This document shows positions 58,375-64,000 of a DNA stretch of 64,000 bases, piece after piece. The stretch is from Nannocystis bainbridge (lineage in GTDB: Bacteria > Myxococcota_A > Polyangia > Nannocystales > Nannocystaceae). The notes under the pieces were generated by a model. That model saw nothing but the letters and a program-made list of their open reading frames with translations. It was not told where the DNA came from and ran no database searches. Each line of letters starts with the position of its first letter. The stretch's first letter is position 1. The stretch spans positions 1,664,001-1,728,000 of the forward strand of contig NZ_JAQNDL010000002.1 in the NCBI RefSeq assembly GCF_028368995.1. Reading direction: 5' to 3'. The position numbers and the translations under genes were made by a program.

Positions 58375-58465
58375 TCTGTCCTGCGGGACATGTCCCGCAG
58401 GACATGTCCGCACGAGCAGGTCTACCTGGACATGTCCCGAAGAGCATGCTCACAAGGACATGCTC
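58372..58465. repeat. 14-bp-period array (7 cores) containing a perfect 28-bp palindrome
   Basis: Cores at 58375, 58389, 58403, 58417, 58431, 58445, 58459. TGTCCTGCGGGACATGTCCCGCAGGACA at 58377-58404 is self-complementary. Confidence 0.92.
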
Positions 58466-58593
58466 TCTGAGCTCCTCGAGCTCGAGGATCGTCGCGCTTG
58501 CCCCGTGCTCGGGGCAGGTCGCCCTACCCTTCGCGCCGTACGACACCGAGGCCGCGCTGGCCTCCGCCTCGCCGGCGCCCGGGGTCGCCGACC

Positions 58594-59358
58594 TCAGAAC
58601 GAGCAGGAGATCGTGACCGACTCCTCGGCGCGGTGCTTCACGCCGTTCTCGTCGTACTCGAGCACCAGCGTGTAGAACTCGTCGCAGTGCTCGCAGGCGC
58701 TGTGGGCCATGCCGGGCAGCTTGGCCATCTCGACGCTGATGTACTCGCCGGCCGGCAGCGGCGGGCTCTCGATCGGCTGGACCATGATCGGCTCGACCAC
58801 CGGCGGCTCGACGTTCTCGAGCGACAGCGACGCGAACGTGAGGACCGCGGCCGTGTCGTCGGGGTTGTCGGTGTTGTCGAACTCGACGTACCAGGAGCCC
58901 TTGACCGGGTCCGGCTCGGCCACCGGCATGCAGTCGGCGTACAGGTACGCGTCGACGATGGCGATCACGAGCGGCGAGCCCACGGGATCGCCGGTGGTCT
59001 CGGAGGTGGTCTCGCCGGTCGTCTCGCCGGTCGTCTCGCCGGTCGTCTCGCTCGTCTCGCCGGTCGTCTCGGCCGTCGTCGTCTCGGCCGTCGTGGCCTC
59101 GGTCGTGGTCTCCACCGCGGTCGTGCCGGTCGCCGTCTCGGCCGTGGTCACGCCGGTCGTATCGCCCGTCTCGCTCGCGCTGCCGGTGTCGCTGGTCGGC
59201 TCGCCCGTGCCCGTCGGCTCGCTCGCCGTCGCGTCGGTCCCGCCCGCGGTCGTCGGGTCGCTCGCGGCGGTGTCGCTGGCGGTGGTGTCCGTGGTGTCGC
59301 CGGTCTCGCCGCAGGCGATCAGCGAAGTCAGCAGAAAGCTCAAGGTCATGCGTCGCAT
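58594..59358 (-). CDS. Thr/Glu-rich lipoprotein with small Cys-containing C-terminal domain
   Basis: Lipobox LIAC, ETT(G/A) repeats, ADCMP...CEHC...ISCSF. Confidence 0.75.
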   Translation of the reverse strand: MRRMTLSFLLTSLIACGETGDTTDTTASDTAASDPTTAGGTDATASEPTGTGEPTSDTGSASETGDTTGVTTAETATGTTAVETTTEATTAETTTAETTGETSETTGETTGETTGETTSETTGDPVGSPLVIAIVDAYLYADCMPVAEPDPVKGSWYVEFDNTDNPDDTAAVLTFASLSLENVEPPVVEPIMVQPIESPPLPAGEYISVEMAKLPGMAHSACEHCDEFYTLVLEYDENGVKHRAEESVTISCSF

Positions 59359-59669
59359 CGGCCGGCGTGTAGCGCGGCGCCCTCGCGGTCGCAAGCCCAT
59401 CCGTGACGTCGGCGCCTCACCCTGCCCGCTGCGGCGAAACGTCCCGCTCGCGCTGCCGCGCCCGCGTGGCGCCGCTCCTCGCGGAGAACCCGCGACGAAG
59501 GGAGTCCCCGATTGGATGGCCCTTCGCACATGTCCCTGAGGCCATCCTGTCACCGGTTCGCCGCACGCGTGTCGCATGCGGAGCATGAGGCGCAGTCCGA
59601 GGTCGTCTTCGCTCCGGCCGCTCGTCCGGACACCCGCACCGCGGCGTCCGGTCGCGCGGTCGTCGGGGC

Positions 59670-59798
59670 GGCTCAGAAAGCGCGACGACCCTGCTCCGAA
59701 GAACAGGGCCGCGAGGAGTTCGTCGTCCGGGCTCAGAAAGCGCGACGGCCCTGCTCCGAAGAACAGGGCCGCGAGGACATGGCCGTCAGGACAGGCGC
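59670..59798. repeat. 48-bp duplication at 60-bp period merging into a 14-bp-period array
   Basis: 59670-59717 and 59730-59777 differ at one base. Cores at 59690/59704 and 59750/59764/59778/59792. Confidence 0.85.
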
Positions 59799-59819
59799 CG
59801 CATCGCGGCGCCCCTGGGC

Positions 59820-60902
59820 TCACTTGGTCGAGTTCTTGCCCTCGATGATGTTGCCCTTCTCGTCGTAGGCGACATCGGAGGTGCCGAGCACGTCGCCGAC
59901 GGTGTCGGTGAACTTGTCGTCGCCCTTGATGTTGGGCAGGCGCTCGCCGATGCTGGTCTCCTGCACGCCGTCGACGACCGCGACGACGATGACGCCGTGC
60001 ACCTCGGTCATGTCGAACGAGCGGACCTTCTCGTTCTTCTCACCGGTCCACTCGTTGTAGCGGAGCAGCACGGCGGCGGTCTTCGGGTCCTGCTTGGTCT
60101 TGGCGGCCGGATTGACGCCGAACCACTTCTTGAAGGAGCCGTCGACCACGCCCGCGTAGTCCTTGTCGGCCCACTTCTCCTTGTTGAACGCGTAGACGAT
60201 CTTCCAAAGCTGGCCGTCCTTGAAGAAGTAGAACTTCCGCAGCTTCGAGCCTTCCTTGACCCAGATCATCTCCTCGTTGTTGTCGTCGGCGAACTCGTAC
60301 TGGATGAGCGAGACGCCCCACTTGTGCTTGGTCGACGACCCGAACTTGACGTGGCCCTTCTTGAGCTCGTTGATCTGATCGTTCCGCTCCTTGCGGATCC
60401 GATCTTGATCCATCGGGTTCTTGGTCTCCTTGAGCTGGTCGTCGAAGTACTTGTTGATCGACTCACCCAGCTTGGCGAGCACCTGCTCCGGGCTCATGCC
60501 CCACTCGAAGCCCTTGATCAGGCCGTTGACGCCGATCGAAGCGCTGAGCTTGGGGTTGCTGTCGACCATCTCGCAGGTGGTCTCCTTCTTCTTCGCCTTG
60601 CCCTTGCCGACGGTCTTGGTCTTGCAGACCTCCTTGACCTCGGGCTTCTTGACCTTCGGGTCTTCCTTGGCGACGGCGGCGTCCATGTCGGTGGTCGCGG
60701 GCGCGGACTCGCCTTCGCCCTCGCTCGAGCTCGGCCCGGCGGCGACCATGCTGTCCTCGTTGTCCTCGCTCACCCCCTTCTTCTTCGGGGTCGCCTCGGC
60801 GACCTCGTCGGGGGTCGTCGACTCCTCCTGCTTCTTGCATCCGGCGTCGGCGACCACGAACAGGCCAAAAGCCGCGGCGATGAACAACGAGCGCTTAAAC
60901 AT
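59820..60902 (-). CDS. Hypothetical Lys-rich lipoprotein
   Basis: Signal ending DAG-C, GFEWGMS and FYFFKDGQLWK segments, strong codon bias. Confidence 0.75.
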   Translation of the reverse strand: MFKRSLFIAAAFGLFVVADAGCKKQEESTTPDEVAEATPKKKGVSEDNEDSMVAAGPSSSEGEGESAPATTDMDAAVAKEDPKVKKPEVKEVCKTKTVGKGKAKKKETTCEMVDSNPKLSASIGVNGLIKGFEWGMSPEQVLAKLGESINKYFDDQLKETKNPMDQDRIRKERNDQINELKKGHVKFGSSTKHKWGVSLIQYEFADDNNEEMIWVKEGSKLRKFYFFKDGQLWKIVYAFNKEKWADKDYAGVVDGSFKKWFGVNPAAKTKQDPKTAAVLLRYNEWTGEKNEKVRSFDMTEVHGVIVVAVVDGVQETSIGERLPNIKGDDKFTDTVGDVLGTSDVAYDEKGNIIEGKNSTK

Positions 60903-61043
60903 GCTGTCTCCTGGGGACCGGAAGCTATCACAAAGCGCGCCGAAGCGGCAGCGAGGCGCGCTGGCGGGCCCGCACACGCGTGTGGGCGAACTCGCCCTGG
61001 CGTTTGCGGCCATCAGGTGCGGCGTCGAGGCCGCCCGCGACGC

Positions 61044-61631
61044 TCAAGGGTCGAGCTGAAAGCTGAACCCGAGCTGCGGCTGACCATCGACCTCGTGGGC
61101 GTAGATCTCCAGCTTCGCGCGGCTCTTCAGCACGTCTAGCATCGCCTGACACGCCCCGTAGAACACGCAGAGGAAGCCGCGGCTGTGCAAGATCTCCGGG
61201 ACCAGGTCGTGGCTGCGCAGCTTGACCCCCGCGGGGTCGTCCAGCACCTCCAGGCTCCCGCACGCCTGACTCGACAGCTGCCACGCGCGCGGCGCCGTCT
61301 TCACCAGCCCCGCCACCGCCGACTTGCCGAGCCGGAAGCCGGCCAGCATCGTCAGCGGCTTCAGGATCCCGTGGTCGTAGCTGTCACGCATCAGGTCGGT
61401 CCAGAACCTGCGCGCCTCGGCCTCGCCGAGCACCTCGAGGATGGCGTCACACAGCGCGATGATCGTCGGCACCGGCAACCAGTCGAGGCTCGCCGCGTCG
61501 CGGATGGCGGCCAGGCGCTCGCTGCCGACGCGCTCCCGGATCCCGCTGCCCTTGCCTTCGGGATAGGCGCGCAGGCGCTTGAGCGCCAGCTTGGAGTAAT
61601 GGGCGCGGATCGCGGGCGTCTCGTCGGGCAT
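61044..61631 (-). CDS. Hypothetical cytoplasmic protein
   Basis: GC3-biased ORF downstream of tex, globular-looking sequence. Confidence 0.65.
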   Translation of the reverse strand: MPDETPAIRAHYSKLALKRLRAYPEGKGSGIRERVGSERLAAIRDAASLDWLPVPTIIALCDAILEVLGEAEARRFWTDLMRDSYDHGILKPLTMLAGFRLGKSAVAGLVKTAPRAWQLSSQACGSLEVLDDPAGVKLRSHDLVPEILHSRGFLCVFYGACQAMLDVLKSRAKLEIYAHEVDGQPQLGFSFQLDP

Positions 61632-61681
61632 GGCGCGAGCAACCCATCATAGCGGGCCCGCAGGGCGATTGCTCGCCGCGA

Positions 61682-63979
<2,298 letters not shown>

Positions 63980-64000
63980 CGCGGGCGGGGAAGCTGGCAC

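Noticed and set aside
54415-58413. 1332-aa minus-strand ORF
   Set aside because: Antisense shadow of two plus-strand genes that have better codon bias and signal peptides.

Overview
Very GC-rich chromosomal segment whose gene content points to a myxobacterium, probably Nannocystis-like (inference from FHA-domain regulators, Cys/Thr-rich lipoproteins, an ECF module and a split atp operon). Housekeeping genes are recognisable: atpF'FHAGDC, sdhCAB, recG, tex, lipB, glk, HMG-CoA lyase, a yfgM-bamB-like pair, an ABC-2 transporter, an M1 aminopeptidase and elbB. I saw no rRNA, tRNA, CRISPR array or transposase. The most striking unexplained signal is a dispersed family of arrays built from a 14-bp palindromic unit, TGTCC-N4-GGACA, abutted head to tail so that GGACATGTCC junctions recur at an exact 14-bp period. 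I located about 30 clusters by eye, with 2-7 cores each. They lie just after stop codons and also inside coding sequence, and I saw none in the atp and sdh operons. Other highlights: an MNIO (DUF692) RiPP-like locus with a lipoprotein Cys-repeat precursor and a fused MNIO-partner enzyme, a double HARE-HTH protein with a degenerate Mrr-like domain, a histone-H1-like/peroxiredoxin fusion, and an FHA-CpaF pseudo-ATPase. All calls come from reading motifs by eye; no database search was run.
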